Under the pieces are notes generated by a model. The model searched no databases and had not been told where the DNA came from. It saw nothing but the letters and a program-made list of their open reading frames with translations. Position numbers and translations under genes: made by a program. This document shows, piece after piece, positions 50,295 to 64,000 of a DNA stretch of 64,000 nucleotides (its first letter is position 1; every line of letters starts with the position of its first letter). Origin of the DNA: Albugo candida (lineage: Eukaryota); the NCBI GenBank assembly GCA_040437565.1, contig JBDOQK010000036.1, positions 1 through 64,000 of the forward strand. The letters are read 5' to 3'.

Positions 50295-52995
50295 TTATTG
50301 AATGGCATTCATCGAAAGGAGCGCTTTCGTTAATTGTAAAAAGCTGGTGACGGAGGCTTCATCTTCGCATGCTACCGCTGATCCCTGAAGCTTTTCGAGA
50401 ATATGACGCCATTTTTGAGGATCCTTACGTCGGACAATATGTATAAATACTCGAGCCACTGACCTTAAAATGCACAATGAGCACTAAAATCCAACAAGAT
50501 AACGCACAACGCACAGAACAACGCGGGTGTCGCAGCAATTTTGTACAATGAGAGCTATCATCTGTCTCCCACCAATAGCCTTGTACGCGTGATCGTTGAT
50601 CGCTGACAGGTGTTCCAGCAGTTGGGCACTCAAAGCCGCATAATCGCCTAAGATACACGTTTGATGGCCGCAACAAGATTCGCGGCAAGAAGCCTCAATT
50701 GGATGATACTTTGACTGAAGACTGTGCATCGCGGATGTGAAAAGAATGTATGGAATTCTGTGTACCATTTCCAGCCGCAATCGATGCTTTCTTCTCAAAA
50801 CTCTCGTCACAAGAAAGCTTTCATTATTTTGGCTTTGTCTGCTCGAGGTTTCATGCTGTTTATCTCCCATTGGAACTGATGTTGGAATTACAGAGACTTC
50901 GAGAATAGCGTGGAGAATTGTAATGAGAATGTTGACGTCGCCCAACAAAGTCCCCTTCTCCGTTCGAAGCAGCACGGAGATGCACACATTGAGATCTTCT
51001 ATCCGAGCCAGGATACTCTCATCTGCCTAACAAGAGAACAGTTAGGATTCCAGTTCCAATGAGCATTAGTCCAAGTACCATGGAGAAGAACTTTCTCTTC
51101 AAATACAGCTGCAACACTCGGCAAAACTTGACGCGATCTGATACCCTTTTGGAACGTCCCAATTGCCAAAAGAAGGAACGTGCTGCAACGACCAAAGCAG
51201 CTTCTGAATCGAAGCAAAACGTATCTTCCAATTCGTCGTGACCTGCACTCATTTTCACCAAGCTTACGTTCATGGGATCCGAGGGATGAAGCTTTATATT
51301 GCTCGTATCTTCGTACATCAATAGTTCCGCTAAAAGCTTTTCTCCACGAAATGTATCGCACAAATGTTTGCTCTGGAGACAAGTCTCTACTTCTTGCATG
51401 ATACTCTCATTCGCATTTTCTTGGCAGCCTCGAGAGTTGGAACCAAGTGATTGCGTGTCTATGGTATCCTGTATGCGCTTCGATCTTGCAAAGTACTCGA
51501 AAATCTTAAGCTTTTCACACAAATTCGAGAAATAAGACTGAAATACGGTCTCCGATTGCAAAGTCTTAGGGTCAGCTTGATTCCGAATGTACGTCGTGTA
51601 CGGACTTTTGCATGTTTGAGCGTGATTGAGAAACATCATTGGAAAGGCTGAAAGGTGTTCTGGGAGGGATCCAGCTATTAGAACAGAGGCTGTGACTTCA
51701 TAGCGTTCAAGAGCTTCTTGAACATCAGTCTTTGTCGAATGTTCGAGCTCAGAGGTACAATAGGATGCGAATGCCGAGTCAGAAAAAAGAAGCCATATCA
51801 TTGAGCGGACGATAAGCGATTCCGAATAGTAAAATGTCCGAAGCAACAAGTCTCTATGCTCAATTACACCCGCATCCAACAGTGTATACCAAGCAACTTT
51901 TTCATTGATAGAGCTTTTCGTGGAGTTTCTTTGATCCGGTACCAATGCTTCGCAGTATAAACACGGCATTAACATTTCAATCAGAAGCTCTTCACGTTCA
52001 CGCAAGCGATTCAAATGTGTATTTTGACAATGCTCGGCTTCCATTGATCGGGTATTCTCATTCCATTCGAGCAGGAAGAATATCGACTCGGAATTCAATT
52101 GGGAAATCCAATGATCATTGACTTCTCCTTTCGGGCCCAATATGAGCAACGCAAGACAATCAACAGCAGTTTCTGTAAACAATTGAACGTCGATCTTGTC
52201 AATGTCGAGGCGAGAGATAGAGGCTTCATCACTATTGATAGAGGATTTTGTATGCTGAAGAATCGTAAGGAGCGTCTTCAAACAACACTTTCGAACAAGA
52301 TGGGAGTCTGTCACCGAGCATTGAATCTCTGAAGGGTACAGTGTGAGGAGGCCACGCATAATTTCCAATATCCGATTAGGAGAGCAGTGTTTCCTGTCGA
52401 AAAACCATTGAAGCAATTTCGAATGGATTTGCTCGACTTTAGACCTCGCATTTTCATGAGAACACAGCACTCCTCTTGCAAAGGTTACGACGATAATCGA
52501 CAGCAGTGTGTCTCGATATCGACGTTGACAAATTGGTAGCGCAAGCAGAGAGTCCAGAGCGACCAATTCGAGGTAAACATCATCGAGCTCATCGATTGTG
52601 ACAAGTTGTTGTGATCTGTCAGCATACTCTACCGCAAATAAAGTATCTTCATCGACGCTTCTGTTCATTCCGCAGGACAAGTTTTCCATCTCTCGGAGCT
52701 CATTGACGTACATTGCGTTCACGTCGTCGAGATTATCGTCTCCAGTATTTCTCGTGGCTTTCTGATACATTTTGGACAAACGCCTAAGCAACGAAATACC
52801 GTCATCTTTAAGATCCACCATCACCGCATGAGCAGATCTTTTTATATCCGAGTCGAACGACTCAATCGGCCCGCTCTTCCACCTCCTCTGTAATGGACCC
52901 ATCCAACGGAATGAGCGATTTCGCAGTGGAAGAGACCAATACAGCGTCCACATCCTTTGTTGTAAATCGACGAATATCATTTTCAAAACGCTCAT
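50295..52995 (-). CDS. Uncharacterised helical protein, multi-exon (true start possibly the ATG near 52821)
   Basis: 658-aa ORF followed by same-strand ORFs 50484-50987 and 50295-50477 that can be joined by GT-AG introns; no motif recognised. Confidence 0.75.
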
Positions 52996-55900
52996 TCTTT
53001 TTGTGTTGTTGCAAAAGTTGTGTCCTTCGGGTCATTTCAGTCGCAAAATTCTTACTGGAACGCATCACTGGGAATCCAAGCACAGTGTTCGCTGTATCAA
53101 ACGATCTCAATCCCGGGAGAGATTGCGAAGACGTCAGCGTTCGTTGCGAGGTGAAGCGGTCTCCGTGTTGTCGAGTAATCAGATCGTTGGCATCCTCTTT
53201 TACCCCGAGCTCTTTCGGGATATTGCTGTCAACTGCCAATTTCGACAGCCTACGCACAGCGCGTTTCACGGCTTTTTTCTTGATGTTTCGATTTCCCAAT
53301 CGATCTTCCCGACGACCTTGGTCTCGCAAGTCGTCACACCATGCTTTCTTCTGACTTAAAGCAAAGATTGGATTCTCAGGGTGGCAGTAAATGTCTCGAG
53401 AAAGAAACCCCAACGTACTCTTTTGATTCTTTTCATACTTTTGGATCACTTTTTGAGCCAGCTCGATGGACAATTGGCTCGACAAAGCTGGAACGTGATG
53501 AGAGAATCGCCACGGGGAAGAAGAATTACGGGCTGTTTGTCCATCATTCACTGAACCAGGATGAGTAATCGTTTCTTCGGATTTCTTGGTCGAGATGATT
53601 CCAAGACAATCTCCGGTCGAATGCCATATTTTTAAAGTGCAATCGCTGCATGTTGTAAAAAGTGTCTGAGGCTGTGGAAGTCTCTCAATGCTCTCAATGC
53701 GCTCATCGTGCGCTTTCCAAAATGTAGAGGCGAAATACGTTTCCAGTGGTGGAAGAGTATCGTTTCCATCGCGCGAACGGGACGACTTGGAAGGAGTCAT
53801 AGATCGATTAAAAGAATTAGAAACCGGAAGCTTCCAACCGAAAATTTGGCCATCGGATGTCCCGGCGTACAGCATTCCGTCGTCTTCTGCCGCGCAAACG
53901 CAAGCGATCTTACAAGTTGAAAGATCCTCAACAGGTTCATGCTGCGTTATGTCCTGTTCAAAAGACGGAAGAAGCTGAAGAAGTGGCTGTAACGAAGCTC
54001 GTTTCATATCCACAGGCCATAACAGGAGCCTACCTATGGAATCGAGCGATATCAAAAGCTGCATTTGGGTTGTAGAAAAGTGTAGACCGCAAATTGGATC
54101 ACAATGGCCATCCAAACATCGCGAGAATAATGAGAGTCGCACAAACTGGTAAATATGAATCTCGCCTGTTTTATCACCTGTGGCGATCAGCTGAAGCGTG
54201 CTGGAGTACGCACATGCAGAAATTGGAGATTCGTGAGCATTATCGACACTTCGGAGAATCTCAAAGACCTCATTCCGAAGATGTAAGTACGAAATACAAA
54301 CAACACGATCCAAGCCTGTGGAGATCAAACACTTCATAATAGATCAGCGGATTGTGGGAATTGTGAACTTTCATAAGGACATACTTGTGTACGAGGACAG
54401 CGAATGAGACTGGAAATACATCCATCATGAATTCGCATCGTCTATCCGAATTTTTGATCAGATACGAGGTAGAGGAAGGTTTCACGTACACTGATCAATT
54501 CCCCTGTGACGATGTTGTACAAACGTATAAAGCCATTCTGCCGTATTTGTGTGAGAAGCTGTAAGGATTCTTTCAACGTCGCACGTTTACCTTGGTCGCG
54601 ACGAATAGCTTCCGTTCACGTGGCGTGTCGAATGCGAGAGCACATACTTGTGTATCTTTGATGATCACTGGTGTTTGTTTCTTGACACCGGAATTCGCAT
54701 GCCACATGGTAATCGTCACGCCAACCAGTCCGACATACGCATTCAGAATTTTGGAGAAGACAACATATTGCGGCGGAAGAATGCGTTTGACTTGGCTGAA
54801 AGCTCGGAATCGTACGAGTTCGATTCCACCGGCAATGATATCCGCTGAGAAGCTATCGGGAATGATTTCTTTATCCATAGTGGAATTACTCATGACCTGA
54901 TTCGGTTCATTCGCTTTGTCTTTGGTATCGCTCTCATTCTTGGAATCTCTTTTGACAAAATTGATTGTCAACGCCCTTAAAAAAGTATCGTGAACAAATT
55001 CTGCTTGAAAACTTTGCAATAAGAGCCCTTGAGACTCTGGCAATTGCTTCCAATAGATTGCCGTGAGGTCCCATACATGAAATTGTCCACTTTGATCGCC
55101 AGTGACAGCCATTGTGAACGCACTGACAGCCGATGGAGATGTTAGGGAGACAAAACGAGCACCTAAAAGCTGGCGAGAATGACCAGTGAGTGTCGCTACA
55201 AGCGTCCGAGAAGATAAATCCCAGCAGTAAGCCTGATGCTCGAATCCTGAGCTTAGCAGCAAATGCTTATGACTATCCAGCTGTAAGATTCCGTGCACAT
55301 GACCACGCAATACAAACATCATTTCGTAGCTGATCTGATCCCAAATTGCAATTGTCTTATCGTACGAGCATGAAGCGAAAACCTTATGCTCTATGGGCAA
55401 TTGCTGGGCGATCGAAGCTTCGACAATGTCTGAGATACGATCCTGGTGATACCGGAGCTTCTTTTCGGCGCAGACTCGCTCCATATTCCAAAACTGAATG
55501 ATCCGATGCGATGTGATGGCAAGTGTCTCCGACTTACAGCACCATTTTAAGGCTAGAATTTCGGATTGAAGCTCAAATTTCCGGGCAAATACGTAGGCTC
55601 CGACCTTAATATTCACTACAGACCACACAGTGACACTGTGATTCCTATTTGCTACCGCCAATGCATTTCGTGGAGGAATGAATTCAACATCGACGATCCA
55701 ATTCGTGGACCCAGCGTCAGCCTCTTGCCGAGATTCTGCGGTTGATGTGGCTTTGGTCGCACAATGAAACTCATGCAAAAAGCGTAATTCTTCATCGCAG
55801 ACCTACTCGACGAAAACACGATTAATCGCTTAAATACTCGACAATATCGCAGACTACGTGCCAGAATAGAGCAGGATTTGGACTCGATCACAAGGATACA

Positions 55901-57163
55901 GTGAAGCGCTACCAACGGCTTTATTTGACGGATGCGATACGGAAAGTAGCTGCATAATAAAGCTCAGATATCAATGAGAAGCGGAATGGGTGCATTACTT
56001 TTGGTGTCGAGGCTGACTGCAATTGGGATGTTTGTACACTTTTGAAGCTTTTGGATGCTGAATGCGTAATTGCAAATACTGAGCATGGAATCCGTCCTGT
56101 TGCAAGAATGCATGCGATACTGCATCGACATCATTTTCCGCACAAGTCAAAATGCTGGCATCATTCGATTTGAACGCTCCTGAAGAGATACAAAACGAAG
56201 AGAATTCATCCCAGCTAACCACTTTATCTCCATTGATGTCGATTTGTTCAAACATCAAAAAAAGAGTTGCAATCAAATCGCTGGCGTATCGAAGATTCAG
56301 CAGCTCTGGACGACTAATCATAAACTGATGCAAAATGATCATTGCAAAATTATGCTTATCGATTGCGGTGGCGTTTTGTACTGTTCGATCATCGCATATA
56401 AAATGCTTTTGGAGCTCCTGCAAATCAGTTCGATGGAAAGCCTCACATATTTGTGTCACAGACGTCAGCATATTCGTTTCCGGGAGTTTGGTCACAGCGT
56501 AAAGGACATCTGCCTGAGCGATTTGAGTGAGTGCAGGTATAGAGTATTGAGAGAAGCATCCAGTGTCATTGCGAAGATGGAGCCACCATGACGAGGACTT
56601 TTGTTGATCTCGATACAAATGACATATAATCATGTAATTGGATTCGATCTCGTGCTTGCGGTCGTAGAAATAGTCGAAGAGAGGCACAGAAATGCATTCC
56701 GTACCTCTTTGCAATTGTTCGGGTTCTTGAGACAGCTCGCATTTCAAGTGAAACGGATGGAGCGATTGGGAGGAACGCATTTCTCCTGCGTTGCACGCTA
56801 CAAAACAACTGATTGCGTTGACTTCCGCTGTGATTTTTGTCCAATTTAAATAGAAATGTTCTTTGTCGTTGGAATGCCGTGAATGAGCAGAGCGAACGCT
56901 TCCAAAAGCGTTTTGTGCTACGTCTCTATCCGCTAAATGACTCGCGCCGCTGCGAAGGCACTGGACAGCGTTACCTTCAGCGTCGAGACATAGACACAAC
57001 AGCCCTGTTGACCAGCTGCTAAAGTCTTTGGAAGATGCATCACACTGAAAAAGATGCTACATGCGGAATCAATTCTTAGCATCTGACGCTCGTGAGGATG
57101 GGAGGAGGTGATAATGTACCAGACACAGGTTCTCAGGCTCACGCTCGAGCAGAATGCGCTCAT
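52862..57163 (-). CDS. EF-hand + WD40-repeat protein (WDR49/EFCAB8-like) with TerD-like N-terminus, multi-exon
   Basis: FEQIDINGDKVVSWDEFSSF; WD repeats SCSYDKTIAIWD, LRGHVHGI, LTGHSRQL, ATGDKTGEIHIY, TCSDCTLKIW. Confidence 0.88.
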
Positions 57164-57252
57164 CTTTGAATCGATTTTGTGGAAACGTCATCGCTTCTGG
57201 TTGGCGATTGATAGATCAAATTAATTTTTAATAGGATGAAAAATGCACTAAT

Positions 57253-59016
57253 TTATACTTTCTCGATAGTCTGTTCGCTAGGTTGCAGCTCTTTCACAAA
57301 TCGTATCGCTGCTTCATAATTCGTCAAATAATATCCGATCTCGCCAAGCATGTCGTGTGGATCGGTGCACATGATCTGAAGTAATTGCTTTGTAATGAGC
57401 GGTTTGGAGGTATTGGTTGTAACCACAACGAATAGATGAATCGGTAGAAAATCGTCAGCTGTGAGCACTCTCGTTCGCTTCGGCCTTTTAACTTCCGCTT
57501 CGCTTTCGTGGACGATACCAGCCATTTCCTCGACCGACGTAAAGCTAGGAGACTTGGTACGCTTCGATGCTGGACTTCCAGGCTCATCAGTGGGTTGATT
57601 GCTACAGGTGTGGAAAATCGCTTTTGCCGCGCGTACAATACAGCGAACCTTGTCAATAGGTAAAGCGTAGTCATCCAATTGTCGAAACTCGCGACGAGCG
57701 GACTCCCAGTCGTTTCTGGAGACCAGCTGACTTGCGATACCAAAGTAACTTTGTGGCATGTCCTGCAAACACCGGAACTTCTTCTTCAATGAAGCTTCTT
57801 TTTCTTCTGATGTAAGTGCGTGTAATGCTTCATAAACATGATCTTCCAATTGTATGTACACCTCTTTCTCAACGATGGCGGTGACTGCATGGCGTGCATT
57901 ATCAATAAACTTGTCATATTCATCCTCAGGTAAACCGAATCCTCTCTCATCAATATATTTCTGTAGTTGGGTATCTTTCCCCATTCGAATCTGGTAGTCA
58001 CGCATCACCGTGGAAATGTTTTTCAGAATGTTGCGGGCATGTGGAGGCGTTAAAGCTTTCTTCAAACGTCGTTTTGTACCTTGAGCTTGACGAGTTACGG
58101 ACCCGACAAACTTATCGAATTCCACTGAGATCGGATGTTCTTTGAATAAAACTTCCACATCACGCTGGATCTTCCGCTCATTGCGCCATGGGGAGCGGCA
58201 CTTGCAATATGATTGTCGATCAAGTACCGTGCAATGCCGATTTACTTCAACAAATTGCTGCAAAGTGAGAATTGCTCGCCGTCGACGGGGTCCAAGTGGA
58301 GCGGGTGAGACCAATGCGGCGGTATGACGTAAGAAGGAGTCAAATAACACTTTCTGTTGCTCGAGATCCGCAAGTGATCGCGTAAAAAGGATACGTCTGG
58401 AGAGCTTGTATGGTCGTAAACTACGAAACGTACCCCAAAATGGTTCTTTCACAGGTGCACCTTCTCCGCTGATCGATTTGATGCAATTATAAAAGGCGAC
58501 AAGCTCTCGTAGAGATTTTCGGATAAACCATCGTTTCTTGGTCTCCACATCGGATATTCGGAGCACAAAAAACAATTTGTGGTAACTCACCGACGTCTCA
58601 AAGCCACTCGAGCTTCGACTTCGATTCAGACTTTCATGTAACCCCGACACAGATAGACTGGATGAAGTAGCGGTTGCAGAATCTCCAAATGTGCTGATGC
58701 TATTCCCTTCGTGATCTTCAACTCGAACGATTCGGAGATTAAGGGCATAACGTATGAATAGGTCGGAATACTCGTCCCACGCGCTCCACGTTGGAGTTGG
58801 AGTCGCTGTCTGATGTACTTGGGAATCGCATCCATCTGCAATAAGACTCGATTCCATTTCTGAAAGACAATCTTTGTCGCTTTCGGAAACAAACAGGGAT
58901 GCACAAAGCGCATCCAATTGCTCATCACCACCCAATACGTTATAGTCTTCCTCACTATTGCTATCTCCTGTGTCGTAACAAGTATCAGAAGCGCATTCCC
59001 GCGCGCATTTACTCAT
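57253..59016 (-). CDS. VPS9-domain Rab5 GEF with PX-like N-terminal domain
   Basis: PIDKVRCIVRAAKAI, LTADDFLPIHLFVV, GEIGYYLTNYEAAI (VPS9); FFVLRISD...WFIRKSLRELVAFY (PX-like). Confidence 0.9.
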   Translation of the reverse strand: MSKCARECASDTCYDTGDSNSEEDYNVLGGDEQLDALCASLFVSESDKDCLSEMESSLIADGCDSQVHQTATPTPTWSAWDEYSDLFIRYALNLRIVRVEDHEGNSISTFGDSATATSSSLSVSGLHESLNRSRSSSGFETSVSYHKLFFVLRISDVETKKRWFIRKSLRELVAFYNCIKSISGEGAPVKEPFWGTFRSLRPYKLSRRILFTRSLADLEQQKVLFDSFLRHTAALVSPAPLGPRRRRAILTLQQFVEVNRHCTVLDRQSYCKCRSPWRNERKIQRDVEVLFKEHPISVEFDKFVGSVTRQAQGTKRRLKKALTPPHARNILKNISTVMRDYQIRMGKDTQLQKYIDERGFGLPEDEYDKFIDNARHAVTAIVEKEVYIQLEDHVYEALHALTSEEKEASLKKKFRCLQDMPQSYFGIASQLVSRNDWESARREFRQLDDYALPIDKVRCIVRAAKAIFHTCSNQPTDEPGSPASKRTKSPSFTSVEEMAGIVHESEAEVKRPKRTRVLTADDFLPIHLFVVVTTNTSKPLITKQLLQIMCTDPHDMLGEIGYYLTNYEAAIRFVKELQPSEQTIEKV

Positions 59017-60693
59017 TTGATTTCCTTTTGAACAAATTCTTTTCGCACTTTATGATCAAAAATGAGAATGAATGTGTGTACTTTTCATAGAACTAAAATG
59101 TAACTCAAACGAACGGCGTAGTCACTAATCACATAATTATGCGGGCATTATCGCAACTGATTGAGAAAAATTGAGAGTTGGAGCATTTGGTTCTTTTTTC
59201 TATGTAACCCTTATCCTTCAGCACGTTCATGGTCGAATTCAATGGAGGAGAGGGTTATGGAAGGAACGTTCCTTATAAACGGCGATGCTTACGTTCTCAC
59301 TCTGTGACATAAAGTATGATGAATTTTTGTGAGCAGCGAGTGCATGGTTAGTCAGTAGAATCAGTACGTCAAATTACTGGAGTTAATCACGTGTCGCGCG
59401 TCTCAAACTTGCCAGTGTCGTATGTGATTTACGTGGAAGCTAACAGAATTGGATTATCGTATTGAATCGGTTTGAAGTCGTATTGGATGACACAGACCTT
59501 GAATAAAAAGTAAGCTTTGTCAAATTCAGTTGTACGAACACGTACAGCTTCTGGTTCATTCTCTGGAACGCCTTCAATTCCGTAATCCTGTAAGGTGCTC
59601 ATATCATCTCTCAGTTCATTCTTTTCTGCAAAATAGCCACGACATATTTTCAAGTCTGAGATCCGACCATGTCGTCTTTGTATCTCATTCTTTATTACAA
59701 ATAAGCAAGTCGATGTTTTCAAACGCAACTTGAAATTGAGATAATCCCAATTCAAAANNNNNNNNNNNNNNNNNNNNNNNNNNNNNNNNNNNNNNNNNNN
59801 NNNNNNNNNNNNNNNNNNNNNNNNNNNNNNNNNNNNNNNNNNNNNNNNNNNNNNNNNTCATCACCACCCAATACGTTATAGTCTTCCTCACTATTGCTAT
59901 CTCCTGTGTCGTAACAAGTATCAGAAGCGCATTCCCGCGCGCATTTACTCATTTGATTTCCTTTTGAACAAATTCTTTTCGCACTTTATGATCAAAAATG
60001 AGAATGAATGTGTGTACTTTTCATAGAACTAAAATGTAACTCAAACGAACGGCGTAGTCACTAATCACATAATTATGCGGGCATTATCGCAACTGATTGA
60101 GAAAAATTGAGAGTTGGAGCATTTGGTTCTTTTTTCTATGTAACCCTTATCCTTCAGCACGTTCATGGTCGAATTCAATGGAGGAGAGGGTTATGGAAGG
60201 AACGTTCCTTATAAACGGCGATGCTTACGTTCTCACTCTGTGACATAAAGTATGATGAATTTTTGTGAGCAGCGAGTGCATGGTTAGTCAGTAGAATCAG
60301 TACGTCAAATTACTGGAGTTAATCACGTGTCGCGCGTCTCAAACTTGCCAGTGTCGTATGTGATTTACGTGGAAGCTAACAGAATTGGATTATCGTATTG
60401 AATCGGTTTGAAGTCGTATTGGATGACACAGACCTTGAATAAAAAGTAAGCTTTGTCAAATTCAGTTGTACGAACACGTACAGCTTCTGGTTCATTCTCT
60501 GGAACGCCTTCAATTCCGTAATCCTGTAAGGTGCTCATATCATCTCTCAGTTCATTCTTTTCTGCAAAATAGCCACGACATATTTTCAAGTCTGAGATCC
60601 GACCATGTCGTCTTTGTATCTCATTCTTTATTACAAATAAGCAAGTCGATGTTTTCAAACGCAACTTGAAATTGAGATAATCCCAATTCAAAA
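58922..60693. repeat. Gap-flanking direct duplication (58922-59757 = 59858-60693), probable assembly artefact
   Basis: 836-bp copies separated by 100 N; identical ORFs at a 936-bp offset. Confidence 0.9.
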
Positions 60694-60976
60694 GCTACAG
60701 ATTTTGCGTTGATACCAAAGTTTGTATACAGGTAACAATACTAGAAAGCAGACGGTACACGCATGTCGAGAGTCACGTAATGTTGAAGCTGGCTGGCTGA
60801 AGATATTCCGGTAACTGACTCAAACTCGCAACGCAAACATCAAGTAAACAAACACTCTGCTACCAAAACCGACATACTTCACATACTGTTCCAAGAACTT
60901 GTTTCGATAAATGCTGAGTTTCCCGCTCGCCATTTTTTTGTCCTTTTTGCCTTTTCTCCATCTTACGGGGTCCCAT
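60365..60976 (-). CDS. Small conserved protein, probable ubiquitin-like fold (multi-exon); 3' part duplicated at 59429-59755
   Basis: MGPRKMEKRQK...YVTLDMR-LLNWDYLNFKL...IKNEIQRRHG...DMSTLQDYGI...YDFKP...NPILL; TLxDYGI is ubiquitin-like. Confidence 0.7.
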
Positions 60977-61134
60977 GTCTCAATACCTTTCGATTTTCAA
61001 GCGACATTACAACTCTACGACTCTTTGTACCCTCTTTCTCTTACTATTGACGCATCAAAGGAACCCAATGAAAACGATTCTTATTTCTTATCTCAAATTT
61101 CAAAGTCTGCAATGCTTACTGCCACAGTACAGAG

Positions 61135-62695
<1,561 letters not shown>

Positions 62696-62936
62696 TTTTC
62701 GATCTCTCAAGACTTTTGAAATTAAAGGATCGAAGGGGGAAAATGTCGAGACAAAAGAGTGGTCAATAAGAGTTTCAGGTTTGACCCAGAAATAAACCCA
62801 ACACTGAGCGGTTATTGTGGTGCAATTATAATTATGTATACAAATGCATCAATGGTTCGGGCCGGCCTTATTTCTAAAAATGAAATATGAATGGGCTAAA
62901 CTAGATCGCAGGCTCTTTACCAGCCTTTGACGTTGT

Positions 62937-64000
62937 CTACCGATTCGAAAAACGCCGCTCTAATGCGAGCCATTGTTGCTTTCTTTGTTCTGCAGATTGT
63001 ATTCGTCTTCCTTCCCGTTCCATTAATTGGGCGGAACATTGATCGAACAACTGTGAGTCCATCTCCATAAATAGTTTCAACACATTATACGTAAGTGTTT
63101 GGACTGTGCTACAAAAAGTGGAAAGTTTGGATAAAGTATTTCCGAAGCAGAGTATAGAATCCTTACGTGTGCCAGTGGTTCTCACAATTATGATACAACG
63201 CACCAAATATTAAAGGAAGTACTTCGGCACGACGAGCACTAACAAGTCGAACCAGCGCTTCATTATTCCATAAATACAAAGCACGTTGTGAGACTTGAAA
63301 ATGGTTGCTGCATATCGCTTGAGCTAATCGCAAAAAAAGTGGTCGCAACACCTATGCAAACAGCGCGTGGTGAATGGACGAAACGATGGTCTTGTGGCTC
63401 TTACAGCTGCAAATTGCTCCATCTGAATCAGCTCAAAAATTTCTTCAACTTCATTCAGGAAAAGAATCTATAGAATATTTGTAAGCACAAGAAATAAGAC
63501 GATTCGTAGCAAGCACAAAGAACGACCTCCTTGGTGCTGGCGGTGACAGGCCAATACTTGAGCAAGCCGGATATGATCAATTCGGCAGTTTTAGGATCCT
63601 TCTCCACAAATTGTGTGGTGCAATAAGCAAGTTGCTGATGGAAGAATGCAAGGCTTCCGACCTGAGATGAGTGTTTGTATAGTGACGTTCTCTGATTGCG
63701 CACGTGGACGTACCTTGTGAAGAGGGATAAGAGCATGCTCGAGAAAGTTTTGGTGTTCTAGCTTCAATGGAAGCGCAAATCCATTTATTATACTACAACA
63801 CGCTCATGAAGCATCAAGATTGTTAAATTAGACAAATACGCAATACCTTCCAAGAATTTCTAATAGTTCCCCAACGCCCTGAAGTGATTCTGTTTCGTAA
63901 ATAAATGTATAAAACATATCGTTGATCGAGTGACGAATGAATGCTCGCAATGCCATTGATTTCCCGTAAATGCGATGCAGTATCGTCTATGCGTACAGAT
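62937..64000 (-). CDS. PPP2R5: Protein phosphatase 2A regulatory subunit B' (B56), 5'-truncated by the window end
   Basis: [62 protein letters not shown]. Confidence 0.95.

Noticed and set aside
52862..52995. 134-bp same-strand overlap of two ORFs, suggesting frameshifting or a fusion
   Set aside because: A downstream ATG near 52821 removes the overlap, and the WD40 ORF ends in an ordinary low-complexity tail.
58922..60693. Apparent second copy of the ubiquitin-like gene and of the VPS9 gene start
   Set aside because: Same gap-flanking artefact pattern.

Overview
Eukaryotic, intron-containing draft scaffold with eight 100-N gaps. Short GT-AG introns (~50-80 bp), very short intergenic distances, the gene set and the copia/MULE families point to an oomycete, most plausibly Albugo (inference, no database search). 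The window has two compartments. Positions ~1-21400 are gene-sparse and transposon-rich: the 3' end of a Ty1/copia element, a second decayed copia element split by a nested Mutator-like element that carries a Ulp1-type protease remnant, several decayed secreted-protein ORFs resembling Albugo CCG (CxxCxxxxxG) effectors, and one intact housekeeping gene (RsmH/METTL15). Positions ~21500-64000 are gene-dense: CCA-adding enzyme, a six-exon RS-rich gene the ORF track does not assemble, PAQR receptor, TMEM242-like, a Cys-rich secreted protein, a very large EF-hand/MABP/zinc-finger protein, choline transporter-like, Arl8/Arl18-like GTPase, fumarase, a CAMK-group kinase, UBC13, a TerD-like/EF-hand/WD40 protein, PX-VPS9, a ubiquitin-like protein, ATP synthase beta and PP2A B56. 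Five direct duplications flank N gaps and are most likely assembly artefacts. No tRNA, rRNA or CRISPR array was recognised. All domain calls come from reading motifs by eye.
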